The notes: generated from the letters alone by a model not told the origin. Positions 1 to 10,114 are shown, counted from the stretch's first letter. The stretch: DNA of 64,000 bases from Polyangiales bacterium (GCA_964202905.1 CAXNJO010000004.1:480001-544000), one strand, 5' to 3'. Numbers and translations: made by a program.

Positions 1-1532
1 GTCGATGGTGTCTTGCGGGACGACCTCGCGACGCCGCTCCCGGGCGCGACGATCGAACTGCGCGTGCAGCCCGTGTCGGGCGGAGCCACGCGACGTCGCA
101 CGGTGCGAACCGATGAGGCGGCGCGCTCGGCGCGGACTTCGAGGTCGCGCCGGGGCCGCTGCGACTCGCCGCATCCTACGGGGGCGACGCGCACCACGAG
201 CGGGTGGAGGTCGAGCGTGTCGTCGATGCCTCGCGCGCGGAAGTGCGCCTGCGGGTCGCCGTGCCGGACGAGGGGCGCTTGCGGCTCGATGCGCCAGACC
301 ACGCGATCGAGGTGCGGGTCGACAGCGACGCGCCGACGCGTGGCCTTCGCGTCCGGCTTACGGATGAGCTGGGGCGGGGATTGGCAACATCGGACGCGGA
401 TGCGCAGGGCGTCGCGCGGTTCCGTGTGCCGTCGTCGCGGCTCGGAGCCCCCTCGGCCGGCCGCCTCGTCGCACGCACCGATTCCGACCCGTTGCGCGCG
501 GAAGCGCAGACCGAGGTCCCGATCGTACGCGTCGCGCCCACCCGCGTGTCGCTCGCGGTGAGCCACTCCCGCCCCGTGCGCGGCGACGCGATCCGCGCGC
601 GCGGGCGCCTCGTCGACTTCGCCGGACGCCCGCTCCCTCGAGAGGCGATCGGGCTCTTCGCGGGCCGTGCGCGCGTCACGACGACGCTGACGGACGCCGA
701 TGGCTCGTTCGATGCGCGTCTCGCGCCGCCCCGCGAGGGCCCGTCCACGTTGGTCGCGCGCTTCGAGAGCGACGCCCCGTGGCGCGAGCCGAGCGCGTCA
801 CCGGGCGTGGCGATCGTGGTGCTCGCGCCGAACCGGACGCCGGTCGGGTGGGTGATCGCGACGCTGGTGGCGACCGCCACGATCCTCGCAGCGGTCGGCG
901 TTGGAGGTCGACGCCGCGTCCCCCCCGCTCCCCTCGGATCGCAGCACCCGCCCGCGCCCGGCGTCGAGGCTGGCGCCCGCCGTTTCCGAGCAGATCGCGA
1001 CGGAATCGGCGGCGTCGTGGTGTCCCTGCGCGGCGGAGACCCCGTGGCGGAGGCGCACGTACGCCTGCGCGGCTCCGCCGATGCCGCCGACCTGCTCACG
1101 GTTCCGTGTGACCCACTCGGGCACTTCGCGCTCGCAGGCGTGGCGCCCGGCGACTACGCGCTCGAGATCGTTGCACCGGGCCATGAGGCCGTCGTGCAAG
1201 CCATCCGCGTCCCGCACCGGGGGGAGTGGAGCGCGACGCGAGTGCGTCTCGAGCGGTCGCGCGACCGGGCGCTCGACGCGCTCACACCGGTCGCGGCTGC
1301 GCTCTTCCCGGGACGGCACTGGGGAACGACGACGCCCGGCGAGGTGCGCGCACGCGCGGAGGACCGAAGACTGCCGCGCGAACCGGTCGCAACCCTCGCC
1401 GAAGGCGCCGAGCGCGCGGGTTTCGCCGCCAAGCCGCCCAGCGCCGAGGAGCTCCGCGCGACGGAAGCGGCGCGCGACGCGGTCCTCGACGCCTTGCACT
1501 TCGACACGAGCCGCTCCGACACGCGGCGTTGA
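1..1532 (+). CDS. Membrane-anchored Ig-like/carboxypeptidase-regulatory-like domain protein (5' truncated by window; probable 1-nt indel near 120)
   Basis: Frame 1 reads VDGVLRDDLATPLPGATIEL to ~120 and continues in the frame of ORF 204..1532. Beta-rich repeats (GRLVDFAGRPL, TDADGSF), a TM helix (WVIATLVATATILAAVGV) and a CarboxypepD_reg-like segment (GHFALAGVAPGDYALEIVAPGH). Confidence 0.6.
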
Positions 1533-1559
1533 CGAGGGCCGCCCTGCCCTGCGTATAGT
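1529..1559 (+). promoter_or_regulatory. Putative sigma70-type promoter for ftsY (TTGACG-N19-TATAGT)
   Basis: Near-consensus hexamers upstream of ftsY; the spacer is longer than ideal. Confidence 0.4.
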
Positions 1560-1642
1560 GCGCCGTCGGGCGCGTGTCGCGGCGGGGCAGCCCCGCGGCG
1601 AGCTTCACCGCGCCTCACGAAGGGAACGGGTCACCGCTCACG

Positions 1643-3064
1643 ATGCTCACGATCATCGTCATCGCCGTTATTTCCGTCGCCCTCGGCGCTTTCTTCCTCC
1701 TGCGCCGCAAGGGACCGGATGCCCTCCCAGAGGAGCTCGACGAAGCCCCGCGGATCGAGGTGGTCCCGGCGCCGCGACCGGTGAAGGCCGCTCCTGTCAA
1801 GGCACCGACCGCGGTCGAGCCCACGGTCGTCGCCCCGGCACGCGTCGAGGTCTCCGCGTCGCCCGGGAAGACGGACGCTTTCCCACAGGCGGCCGCGCTG
1901 CCGGCCGAGGAGCCCTCGAAGCCCGCGGCAACGCAGACGGCAGAGGCGCCCCCAACGGTCGAGCCGGCCGGGGTCACGCCGACCGCCGCGGCGCCGGCCG
2001 GCCCCGCGCCCGTCGAGCCAACCGCGTCCGTCGAGCCAACCGCGCCCCTCGCCGTGCCGCGCGTCCCCACGAAGGCGGATCCCGTCGAGACGGGCCCGCT
2101 CCGCGCGACGACGCGCCCCCCCGCCGGCGTGGATGACGTCGCCGCCCTCAAGAAGGGCCTCGCGTCGACGCGTGGCGGTTTCATCGCGCGTCTGGCGAAG
2201 ATGCTCTCGCGGAAGAAGACGATCGATCCTGCGTTGCTCGAACAGATCGAGGAAGTGTTGCTCGGCGCCGACCTCGGCCCGCGCACCTCGCAGAAGGTGC
2301 TCGACCGGCTCCGCGACCGCATGTCGCGCAACGAGCTCGCCGACGAGGACCGCGTCTGGGAGGCCCTGCGCGACGAAGCGCGCACGATCCTCGGCAGCGG
2401 CGGCGGCGCGATCCCGCTGCGACATAAGCCGACCGTCATCCTCGTGGTCGGCGTGAACGGCGTCGGCAAGACGACGACGATCGGCAAACTGGCGAGCCGC
2501 TACACGCAAAGCGGGAAGAAGGTCGTGCTCGCGGCGGGGGACACCTTCCGGGCGGCCGCGGTGCTGCAACTCGAGGTGTGGGGACGCCGCGTCGGGTGCC
2601 CCGTCGTGAAGGGCAAGGAGAACGCCGACCCCGGCTCCGTGATCTTCGACGCGATCAAACGCGCGCAGGCCGAGGGCGCCGACATCGTCCTCGCCGACAC
2701 CGCGGGGCGCCTCCACACGAAGCTGCCGCTCATGGATGAGCTGAAGAAAGTGGGACGGACCGTCGAGAAGGCGCTGGAGCGTCCGGCCGACGAGGTGCTG
2801 CTCGTCCTCGATTCGACCAACGGCCAGAACGCGATTCAACAGGCGCAGATCTTCAAGGAGGCGATGTCCGTGAGCGGGATCGCCCTGACGAAGCTCGACG
2901 GCACCGCGAAGGGCGGCGTGGTCCTCGGGATCGCCGACGAGCACGGGATCCCGGTGCGCTACGTGGGAATCGGGGAGCGCGTGGAGGACCTCCGCGAGTT
3001 CGACGCGGCGAGTTTCATCGAGGCGCTCTTCGAAAAGCCGGAAGAAGATGCCGCCGATGCATGA
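1643..3064 (+). CDS. ftsY: Signal recognition particle receptor FtsY with N-terminal hydrophobic anchor
   Basis: GVNGVGKTTTIGKLA, DTFRAAA, DTAGR, TKLDGTAKGG and GIGE..EDL motifs; N-terminal TM segment plus Pro/Ala linker. Confidence 0.97.
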   Translation: MLTIIVIAVISVALGAFFLLRRKGPDALPEELDEAPRIEVVPAPRPVKAAPVKAPTAVEPTVVAPARVEVSASPGKTDAFPQAAALPAEEPSKPAATQTAEAPPTVEPAGVTPTAAAPAGPAPVEPTASVEPTAPLAVPRVPTKADPVETGPLRATTRPPAGVDDVAALKKGLASTRGGFIARLAKMLSRKKTIDPALLEQIEEVLLGADLGPRTSQKVLDRLRDRMSRNELADEDRVWEALRDEARTILGSGGGAIPLRHKPTVILVVGVNGVGKTTTIGKLASRYTQSGKKVVLAAGDTFRAAAVLQLEVWGRRVGCPVVKGKENADPGSVIFDAIKRAQAEGADIVLADTAGRLHTKLPLMDELKKVGRTVEKALERPADEVLLVLDSTNGQNAIQQAQIFKEAMSVSGIALTKLDGTAKGGVVLGIADEHGIPVRYVGIGERVEDLREFDAASFIEALFEKPEEDAADA

Positions 3065-3072
3065 CAGGACCG

Positions 3073-3102
3073 TTGATTCTGTCGAAAGCCGCGTGATATA
3101 GT
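3073..3102 (+). promoter_or_regulatory. Putative extended -10 sigma70 promoter (TTGATT-N18-TATAGT, with TG) for the beta-barrel pair
   Basis: Hexamers lie in a locally AT-richer intergenic region; a downstream dyad TAGCTGCA-N6-TGCAGTTA is at 3132-3153. Confidence 0.5.
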
Positions 3103-3219
3103 CGGCCCCGATTTCGGGAAAGACGCGCTTTTAGCTGCAATTTCATGCAGTTAGATCCCGCGATGGAGTTTGAGCCAGTAGCCGGTGCCGCGACGGCGGC
3201 GTCGAGTGAAGGGGTGACG

Positions 3220-4147
3220 ATGACGAGGGCTTCGATCGCGCTGCTCGCGGGGTTCGCCACGGTGGGTCTCTCGCAGACCCTGTTCGTGGGCACCATCGCC
3301 GCGCAGGACATGACGTTCTCCGCCGACGAGGTCGATTCGCCGCCGCCCGCTGAGGGCGAAGCCGCCCCCGCCGATGGTGACGGGGCGCAGGACGGCGATT
3401 CACTGCTTGGAGATCTACGCCAAGCAGGGACGCAGCAGACCGACGCGCGCGACGCAGCGCCGCGTCGCACGGAGGCCTCCGAGGAGATCTTCGCGATCCA
3501 GCAGATCTACGCGCTCCGCAACGGCCGCGTGGAGCTGTCGCCCTCGTGGTCCTTCTCCGTGAACGACCAGTACGTCAGCCACCCGGCGGCGGGCGTCGCG
3601 CTGAACTACTGGTTCACGAACGTCCTCGCCGTGGGCGTGAACTTCCTCTGGTACGGCGGCCTCGAGAACGAGTCCGACCTCAACTTCAACGTGCGGCGCA
3701 CGACGCGGCTCGCGGTGCCCATCACCGAGTACCAGCTCGGCACGCACCTGAACTTCACGTACGTGCCGCTCTACGGCAAGTTCGCGATGTTCAACGAGTA
3801 CATCTTCCAGTGGGACGCCTACCTCGTCGGCGGCGTCGGACTGATGCGCACGCGGCCCGGTGCCGGTCATCGACCCGGAGATCCGGCAGTTCGACTTCGG
3901 TATGCGCGTCGCGTTCAACGTCGGCCTCGGCATCCGCGTCTTCCTCTCTCGCTGGCTCGCCGTGTACGCCGAGCTTCGCGACTACATGTACCTCGAGAAG
4001 CTCGAGGCGTTGACCGTCCCGCTCGAGGGTCGGACGGATCCCGCGACGTGGTTCGCGGACAGCCCGTCCTTCACGAACAACGTGACCGCGCACCTCGGGT
4101 TCACCCTCTTCTTCCCACCCTCGTTCGAGTACAAGCTGCCGCGCTGA
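3220..4147 (+). CDS. Myxobacterial outer-membrane beta-barrel protein (TIGR04565-like, GltA/GltB type); +1 frameshift near 3859
   Basis: Signal peptide, IQQIYALRNGRVELSP..VNDQY family motif, YGKF motif and amphipathic strands. The C-terminal part continues in ORF 3860..4147 (DFGMRVAFNVGLGIRVFLSRWLAV). Confidence 0.8.
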
Positions 4148-4170
4148 TGGCCCCGAGGAGCGAACGAACG

Positions 4171-5055
4171 ATGACTACGCGCAACCCGATCTGGACTGCC
4201 CTCCTCGCTGCCACGCTGCTGCTCGGCGCCCTCGGCCTCGCGCCGCGCGCGTCCGCGCAGGAGGTGCAGATCACCGGCCCGCTCGCGGGCGCCCCGGCCG
4301 TACGCCGGCTCCGCATCTACCGCGAGGGCCGCTTCGAGATCACGCCGCAGGCGGCCTTCACCCTGACCGACGAGTACTCCCGCACGATCGGGCTCGGCGC
4401 GTCTGGCACCTACCACTTCAACGATTGGCTCGGCGCGGGTGTCTGGGGTTTCTTCGCCCCCATCCACATCGACACGGGCCTCACCGAGCAGGTCGCCGAG
4501 CTCGGCCAGACGGCGGCCTCCAACCGTCTCAGCCTGCCGACGAACACGGGCTTCCCCGACCAGATCGCGACGCTGAACTGGGGCGCTGCGCTGCAGGCGG
4601 TGTTCATCCCGCTCCGCGGAAAGCTCTCGCTCTTCCAGAAGCTGTTCGTCGATGCCGACTTCTTCGTGACCGCCGGCGTCGCGTTTGTCGGCGTCGAGGA
4701 GCGCGCGGATACAGTGGAGGGTATCTGCCCGGCGATGCCGGTCGGCACGCCTGACACGGACCCATGCATCGCAAGTCAGTCGGCGCGCGCGTCGCGTGTC
4801 GCGGTCACTGGCACCTTCAGCGCCGGTCTCCGCCTCCATGTGAACGAGTGGATGGCTCTCAACCTCGAGTGGCGCGCGCTGCCGTTCTCGTGGAATACGG
4901 GCGGCGTCGACGTCGACGGCGCGACGAACCTGAACGGCGACGGCGGGTTCTCGGATGGTCTCGTCAACGCCGACGACCGCGCGTTCCAGTTCAACCACAT
5001 GTTCACCGTGGGTTGGACCTTCTACCTCCCGACCGCGGCGCGCATCAGCGAGTGA
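4171..5055 (+). CDS. Second myxobacterial outer-membrane beta-barrel protein (TIGR04565-like)
   Basis: GAGGAG RBS before ATG 4171, signal peptide ending ASA-Q, YREGRFEITP..TDEY and LRGKL motifs, terminal strand MFTVGWTFYLP. Confidence 0.8.
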   Translation: MTTRNPIWTALLAATLLLGALGLAPRASAQEVQITGPLAGAPAVRRLRIYREGRFEITPQAAFTLTDEYSRTIGLGASGTYHFNDWLGAGVWGFFAPIHIDTGLTEQVAELGQTAASNRLSLPTNTGFPDQIATLNWGAALQAVFIPLRGKLSLFQKLFVDADFFVTAGVAFVGVEERADTVEGICPAMPVGTPDTDPCIASQSARASRVAVTGTFSAGLRLHVNEWMALNLEWRALPFSWNTGGVDVDGATNLNGDGGFSDGLVNADDRAFQFNHMFTVGWTFYLPTAARISE

Positions 5056-5115
5056 TCGCGGTGCGCCGCACCCCGCCGCGACGGCGGGGATGACGCCCAG
5101 AAGGCGTACACAATC

Positions 5116-5148
5116 AACGCCGCTCTCCTGCACGGAGAGCGGCGTTTT
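5116..5148 (+). terminator. Rho-independent terminator
   Basis: 13-bp perfect stem AACGCCGCTCTCC/GGAGAGCGGCGTT with a 5-nt loop and a T run, downstream of the beta-barrel pair. Confidence 0.75.
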
Positions 5149-5388
5149 GCATGGGGGGAGTGGAACGCTCGCTTCGCGCCGGCGCTTCCACATCGCGGTG
5201 CAAGGCTGCCCCGATCGCAGCGCGGACGACACACGCGACGTAGCGAGCGCCCGGCACCCGTCGCGTGCCCACCCCGGCGCGCACGGCCCAGCATGCGCAC
5301 CGTCCAGCACGCGCACCGCCCACCGCGACGAACGGCCTCTGCACGGCCGCGCTGTGCGGCGTGCCGCACAGTGGAGGCGGACGCGCTG

Positions 5389-6132
5389 TCAGCGCTTTTG
5401 GACCACGCCCTGCACGTCGAGCGAGAAGCCAGCCGAAAGCGCGCGCGCGATGCGCTCACGCTCGGGTCCCACATCCCAGCGACGGGCCGCGAAGCCCTCG
5501 AGGATGCGGGTGCGCATCCGGGCGCTGTCTTCCTTCACGAGAGTCGCGAGGAGCGCGCCGCGCGCAGGCGCAGGCTGTTCCTGGGCAAAGATGGCCCCCG
5601 CGGCGTAGAAACGCGCGGTCTCATTCACGTCGTCGAGGAAGCGGACCACAGCCTCGACGATGCGCGGATCACGGCGCTCCTCAAGCGTCGACAGCAGCGA
5701 CAGTTTGCGCTCGGGGTCGCGCTCGTACTCGAGGTGCATCGGCGCAAGCGCCGCGAGGAGCTCGGCGATGACGTCGTCCGGCGAGAGCAACCGGTCCAGC
5801 ATCTTCAGCGGCCAAGCGATGGTCTCCGCCGTGCGCAGAAAGCGCTTGACAGGCTCGATGGCCGTCTCGCCGAGTTCGACGACGGCCTCGAACGCAGCGT
5901 CCTTCTCTTCCTGGTCGGTGATGCTCGGATCGGTCTGGAAGGAGAAGCGTGGCAGCAGCGCCTCCGCGGCCTCCGCGGTGCCCATCTGGGCGAGGGCTTG
6001 GATCGAATCCCAGCGGTCCGGGGCCTGGGCGCGCTTGTTCGCCACGCGCAACGCGTGCTTGCGCAGCGTCGCCTCCGACACCGCGCCGCGCCCACCCGAC
6101 GAACTGCCTTTGAGAAAATCGAAGAAACCCAT
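5389..6132 (-). CDS. HEAT-repeat protein
   Basis: Start MGFFDFLKG; helical repeats (RWDSIQALAQMGTAEAAEALL, DDVNETARFYAAGAI, EDSARMRTRILEGF). Confidence 0.75.
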   Translation of the reverse strand: MGFFDFLKGSSSGGRGAVSEATLRKHALRVANKRAQAPDRWDSIQALAQMGTAEAAEALLPRFSFQTDPSITDQEEKDAAFEAVVELGETAIEPVKRFLRTAETIAWPLKMLDRLLSPDDVIAELLAALAPMHLEYERDPERKLSLLSTLEERRDPRIVEAVVRFLDDVNETARFYAAGAIFAQEQPAPARGALLATLVKEDSARMRTRILEGFAARRWDVGPERERIARALSAGFSLDVQGVVQKR

Positions 6133-6194
6133 GGGCTGCGTGCCTTTGCCCGGTCTGCCGCGACGGACCGTCTCGCGGCCCGCACGCGGCGGGC

Positions 6195-7682
6195 TCAATC
6201 CCGGATGAGGACGGGGCGGAGGATGACCTCGGAACCGCGCGTCTGAACGTCGAAGCGCACCGTACGGCAGGCGTGCTTCTTCGCCAGCGCCTCGCCGTTG
6301 CCCTTGAGCCGCTGAGAGAACTTGTCCTGCGGGATGGCGAAGCTCTCGCCGGCCGCCTGCTTTGCCGCGCTGTACTCCGCGAACACGCGCGCGAAGTAAG
6401 CGTCCTCCGGCTCTGCGGCGAGTCGCGCTGCGATCGCGGGATCATCCACTGGGTCGGCCGCACCGCTGCCACCACCCGCGGCGCCACCACCGCCCGTGGC
6501 GCCCTCGGCGAATGCCTGGTCTTTCCAATCGCCCTGTTCGGGCACTGACGAGACGCGACCGCTCTCGTCCTCGGAGGTCTCCTGGACGCCCGTGAAGACG
6601 TTGAGGATTTGGTTGATCCTGTAGGCGAGCCCACCGAGTTCGGCGCTCTGCACGTCGAGGCGGAGGTCCGTCCGGCCGTTGACGATGGCGAGAAGACCCT
6701 CTTCGATCTGCTCAATCGGCCGCAAGAAGAGCGTGCCGATGGCGGCGCCGTACCCGAGGACGATGAGGACGCACACCACCATCAGGATGAGGATGATGTT
6801 CGTGCTGGACGCGAGCGCGGACGCGCTCGTGCGGTTGCCAAGCACCACGAAGGCGATCGGCGCAGAATCCGTGTGCGGCAGACGACCGAGAGAGCCGATG
6901 TAGTCGTCGCCGGCGAGCGCCGTCCGGAACGGATTCGGGTCGGCGCCACCGCCAAGGGCCTGCGTGGTCGCTCCGCGCTGGACGTCGGAGAAGAGGAACG
7001 CCTTGAGCGCCTCGGCGCGTTCCGTTGGGAGCGACGAGCTGTAGACCCGCTGGTCGCTGACGAAGGCGACGTCCCGCCCGAGGAGTTGCGCCTCACCGGC
7101 CGCGAAGCCGTTGGAGACGTCGTACGCGACGACGAGCGCGCCGATCACGCCGCCGGCGTCGCTGCGGATGGCCGCTGCTGCGACCTGCATGAGCTTGCCC
7201 TCGTCGTCCTTGCGCCAGACATCGTTCAGCGTGGTGCCGCGCTCGAGCACGGCACGGAGCGCGGGGACCTGGGTCGGGAGGCTCATCCCGTACATCCGAT
7301 TCCGATCGGCGTTGCGCGCGAGGACCTTGCCCGTCTCGTCGGTGAAGAGAACGATGTCGGGACTCACGCCGCGGCGCGACGGGTCGCCGAACCACGCGCC
7401 GAGTCGCTCGGCCGCCTCGTAACCACGCGTGCGCCGCTGGTCCTCGTCGAGCGCGCCGAACACGTCACGCGCCTCGCGCGTCGCTGCACGCTCCGCGACG
7501 AGAGACGTGAACTCGATGCCTGAGAGCCTCCACGCCCGCACGAGCGCTTGGGCGTCGTTGGAGATCGTGGAGTCGACCTGCGACTCGAGCCCCGTGGTGA
7601 TCTGGGACCGGACGACGAAGAAGGAGATGAGCCCCAAGAGGAGCACAGCCACCAGGTTGCCCGCGATGATCTTGAGCCGCAT
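6195..7682 (-). CDS. MXAN_5187-family-like membrane protein (TM - Cache-like sensor - TM - HAMP - conserved C-terminal domain)
   Basis: Two TM helices flank a periplasmic domain; HAMP-like RPIEQIEEG..ELGGLAYRIN; C-terminal YFARVFAEY..KQAAGE..DKFSQRLKGN..KKHACRTVRFDV resembles the MXAN_5187 C-terminal domain. GAGGAG RBS. Confidence 0.7.
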   Translation of the reverse strand: MRLKIIAGNLVAVLLLGLISFFVVRSQITTGLESQVDSTISNDAQALVRAWRLSGIEFTSLVAERAATREARDVFGALDEDQRRTRGYEAAERLGAWFGDPSRRGVSPDIVLFTDETGKVLARNADRNRMYGMSLPTQVPALRAVLERGTTLNDVWRKDDEGKLMQVAAAAIRSDAGGVIGALVVAYDVSNGFAAGEAQLLGRDVAFVSDQRVYSSSLPTERAEALKAFLFSDVQRGATTQALGGGADPNPFRTALAGDDYIGSLGRLPHTDSAPIAFVVLGNRTSASALASSTNIILILMVVCVLIVLGYGAAIGTLFLRPIEQIEEGLLAIVNGRTDLRLDVQSAELGGLAYRINQILNVFTGVQETSEDESGRVSSVPEQGDWKDQAFAEGATGGGGAAGGGSGAADPVDDPAIAARLAAEPEDAYFARVFAEYSAAKQAAGESFAIPQDKFSQRLKGNGEALAKKHACRTVRFDVQTRGSEVILRPVLIRD

Positions 7683-7911
7683 GTAACGATCGCTCCTCGC
7701 TGGGAGAGTCACCGTGCTGGAAGGCCGCGCCAGCGGGGCAGACAGCCCGCCCGCTGGCATTGCCCCACAATGCGTCCTGCGACAGCTCCCCGCGAATCCC
7801 GGAGGGATCCGCAGGGTTCGTTCTGTAACATCGCCGCGCGCAGCCGGTCAATAGGTGACGAGGTCCGCCGCAGCCGCGCGTCGGGGCCGCCTGAACCGCG
7901 CACGGGCTGCT

Positions 7912-8994
7912 ATGGTGCGGCCCGTGCGAGCGTGGTCCGGTGGCCCCCCGCTGCGGGTGATGTGGGACGAGCGCTTCGCGCTGCACGCGCCCCGCGGCTA
8001 CCATCCCGAGCGTCCGGAGCGCCTCGATGCGGCGCGCGAGGGCCTCGCGATCGCGCTCGCGCGGCTCGGGCGCGCAGGCTCCGTGGAGTCCGTCGCGTCC
8101 GTCCCAGCGAGCCGCGACTCGCTGCAGCGCGTGCACGACCCCCGCTACCTCCGCGTCCTCGAGGCCCGCCTCGCCGATGGCGACGGGCAGCTCGACCCGG
8201 ACACGTACCACCGCGCCGCATCTCGCGAGGTCGCATGGCTCGCGGCAGGAGGCACGGCGGCCCTCGCGCGCGCGCTGCTGAGCGACCGAGGGGGGCGGGG
8301 GCTCGCGCTCGTGAGACCACCGGGGCACCACGCGACGCCGGAGCGAAGCATGGGCTTCTGCCTCCTCAACAACGTCGCGGTCGCTGCAGCGGAAGCCCTC
8401 GCGCACGGTGCGCGCAAGGTCGCGATCGTCGACTGGGACGTGCACCACGGCAACGGCACGCAACGTGTTTTCGAGAGCGACCCGCGGGTGCTCTTCGTCT
8501 CGCTCCACCAACGCGACCTTTTTCCGGTCGGCTCGGGGTCAGCCGCCGAGGTGGGCCTCGGCGCGGGCGCGGGCTTCACGGCGAACCTCGCGCTGCCCGC
8601 CGGAAGCGGGCCGGAGGTCTACGGCGAGGCCTTCCGCCGGGTGGTCATCCCGCTGCTCGACCGCTTTGGCGCCGACATCACGCTCGTCTCCGCGGGGTTC
8701 GACGCGCACAGCCGCGACCCGCTCGGTGGGATGGCGCTCGATGCCCAGACGTACGGCGCGCTCACGACCGCGCTCGTCGCGCAGGCGGAGCGCGCGGGCC
8801 ACGGACGCGTCGGGCTCGTGCTCGAGGGGGGGTACGATCTCGTGGCACTCGAAGCGAGCGTGACCGCCGTCGTGAGCGCCGTGCTCGGTCAGGCCGTCGC
8901 GCTCCCCGAAGGGCGCACCGACGCGGAGGCGCGCGCGGCGATCGGCGCCACGGAGGCCGCCCTGGGCCGCTACTGGCCGGGCGCCTTCCGCTGA
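7912..8994 (+). CDS. Histone deacetylase family (Zn-dependent) deacylase
   Basis: HPERPERL, RPPGHHA, GFC, DWDVHHGNGTQ, SAGFDAH and LEGGY motifs. Confidence 0.95.
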   Translation: MVRPVRAWSGGPPLRVMWDERFALHAPRGYHPERPERLDAAREGLAIALARLGRAGSVESVASVPASRDSLQRVHDPRYLRVLEARLADGDGQLDPDTYHRAASREVAWLAAGGTAALARALLSDRGGRGLALVRPPGHHATPERSMGFCLLNNVAVAAAEALAHGARKVAIVDWDVHHGNGTQRVFESDPRVLFVSLHQRDLFPVGSGSAAEVGLGAGAGFTANLALPAGSGPEVYGEAFRRVVIPLLDRFGADITLVSAGFDAHSRDPLGGMALDAQTYGALTTALVAQAERAGHGRVGLVLEGGYDLVALEASVTAVVSAVLGQAVALPEGRTDAEARAAIGATEAALGRYWPGAFR

Positions 8995-9058
8995 CCGAAC
9001 GTGGTCGGGCGACTTCCGCTGGTTGCGCGCGCGTGAGACGGTCGAGCGACCGGCGCGT

Positions 9059-10114
9059 TCACCAGAAAGAACGGGCCGGCGCGCGCGCCGACACAGCGGC
9101 GGACTCGACCTGAGCCCCGGCCGGCGTGGGCTCGACGGGCGGCGGTGTCGGGCCGCGCCCGGCGGTGGTCCGCTCCGTGCCCACCGAGCGCCCCTCGAGG
9201 ACGTAGAGGAGCGTCGCGCCGAGCGCGAGCGCGAGGCCACTGCCGAGAAACACATCGCTCGCGAGCGCGCTCCGACGCGCTCCGGCGAGGTCGCCGTCGC
9301 CCTGCTGGCCGCTCGCGACGATGCCGAAGCCCAAGCTCGTCGCGAGAGACGCGACCCCGACGCCACCGACGACCCAGGCCCAGACGGGCGTGCCGCGCAA
9401 CGCCCGATACGCAGTGGCGCGCTGCAGGTCGGCGTACGCCGAGGTCGTCACACCCGCCTCCACGCGGACCTCCGAACGAAATGGGAGGTACCCGGCGCGT
9501 CGAATCAGCAGGCGATGCGCGCCCGGCGCGAGTGCGAGCGGCTCGAGCACCGGCGTGCGGCCGACACTGCGCGTGTCGACCTCGACCTCCGCGCCGGGGA
9601 TGCTCGCGTCGATGCGCAGCGTGCCCGTCGTGGGTCGGCTGCGGCGCGCGGCGCGCTCGGACTCGGCGCGCTCCTCAAGCAGGGCGATGCGCCGCTCGAC
9701 CGAGTCCCGGTCGGGCGGGTCGACGCGGTCACGCAGATAGCGCCGGTAGAAGTCGGTCGCGCGCGAGGGCTCGCCGAGCTGCTCATGCGCCCGCGCGACG
9801 TTGAACCAGAGGTCGGCGCTCGGGACGCGCTCCGCTGCGAGTTCGAAGGCGTGGATCGCCTCGCGGAATCGGCGCGCCTGGTAGTGCGCCATGCCTTCGG
9901 TGAAGTAGCGGCGAGCCTCCTGCGCGGCCTGCGCGTTCTCGGGCGTCGATGCAGCCGGGGGCGACTGCGGCGCGGCGGGCGCATCCGCTGTGGGGGGCGC
10001 CTGCGCGTCCACGCGAGACGCGACGCCGAGCGCTGTGCAGACGAACGCGGTGCAGACGAACGCGCTGTGGACGAACGAGGCGCAGACGAGCGCGCGGGAC
10101 GGGAGGCGGACCAC
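9059..10114 (-). CDS. Exported TPR + PEGA domain protein
   Basis: Signal peptide; TPR (ARRYFTEGMAHY..LWFNVARAHEQLG); PEGA (GAEVEVD..VGRTP..LAPGAHRLLIRRAGY); C-terminal hydrophobic helices. Confidence 0.85.
   Translation of the reverse strand: MVRLPSRALVCASFVHSAFVCTAFVCTALGVASRVDAQAPPTADAPAAPQSPPAASTPENAQAAQEARRYFTEGMAHYQARRFREAIHAFELAAERVPSADLWFNVARAHEQLGEPSRATDFYRRYLRDRVDPPDRDSVERRIALLEERAESERAARRSRPTTGTLRIDASIPGAEVEVDTRSVGRTPVLEPLALAPGAHRLLIRRAGYLPFRSEVRVEAGVTTSAYADLQRATAYRALRGTPVWAWVVGGVGVASLATSLGFGIVASGQQGDGDLAGARRSALASDVFLGSGLALALGATLLYVLEGRSVGTERTTAGRGPTPPPVEPTPAGAQVESAAVSARAPARSFW

Noticed and set aside
3145..5055. Single 636-aa double beta-barrel fusion
   Set aside because: The middle segment is out-of-frame junk, and the second gene has its own RBS and signal peptide.
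5150..5388. Possible sRNA between convergent genes (three ~16-bp degenerate repeats at ~5279-5326 and a hairpin at 5352-5371)
   Set aside because: No promoter or recognisable family; the hairpin is adequately explained as a terminator-like element for the HEAT gene.
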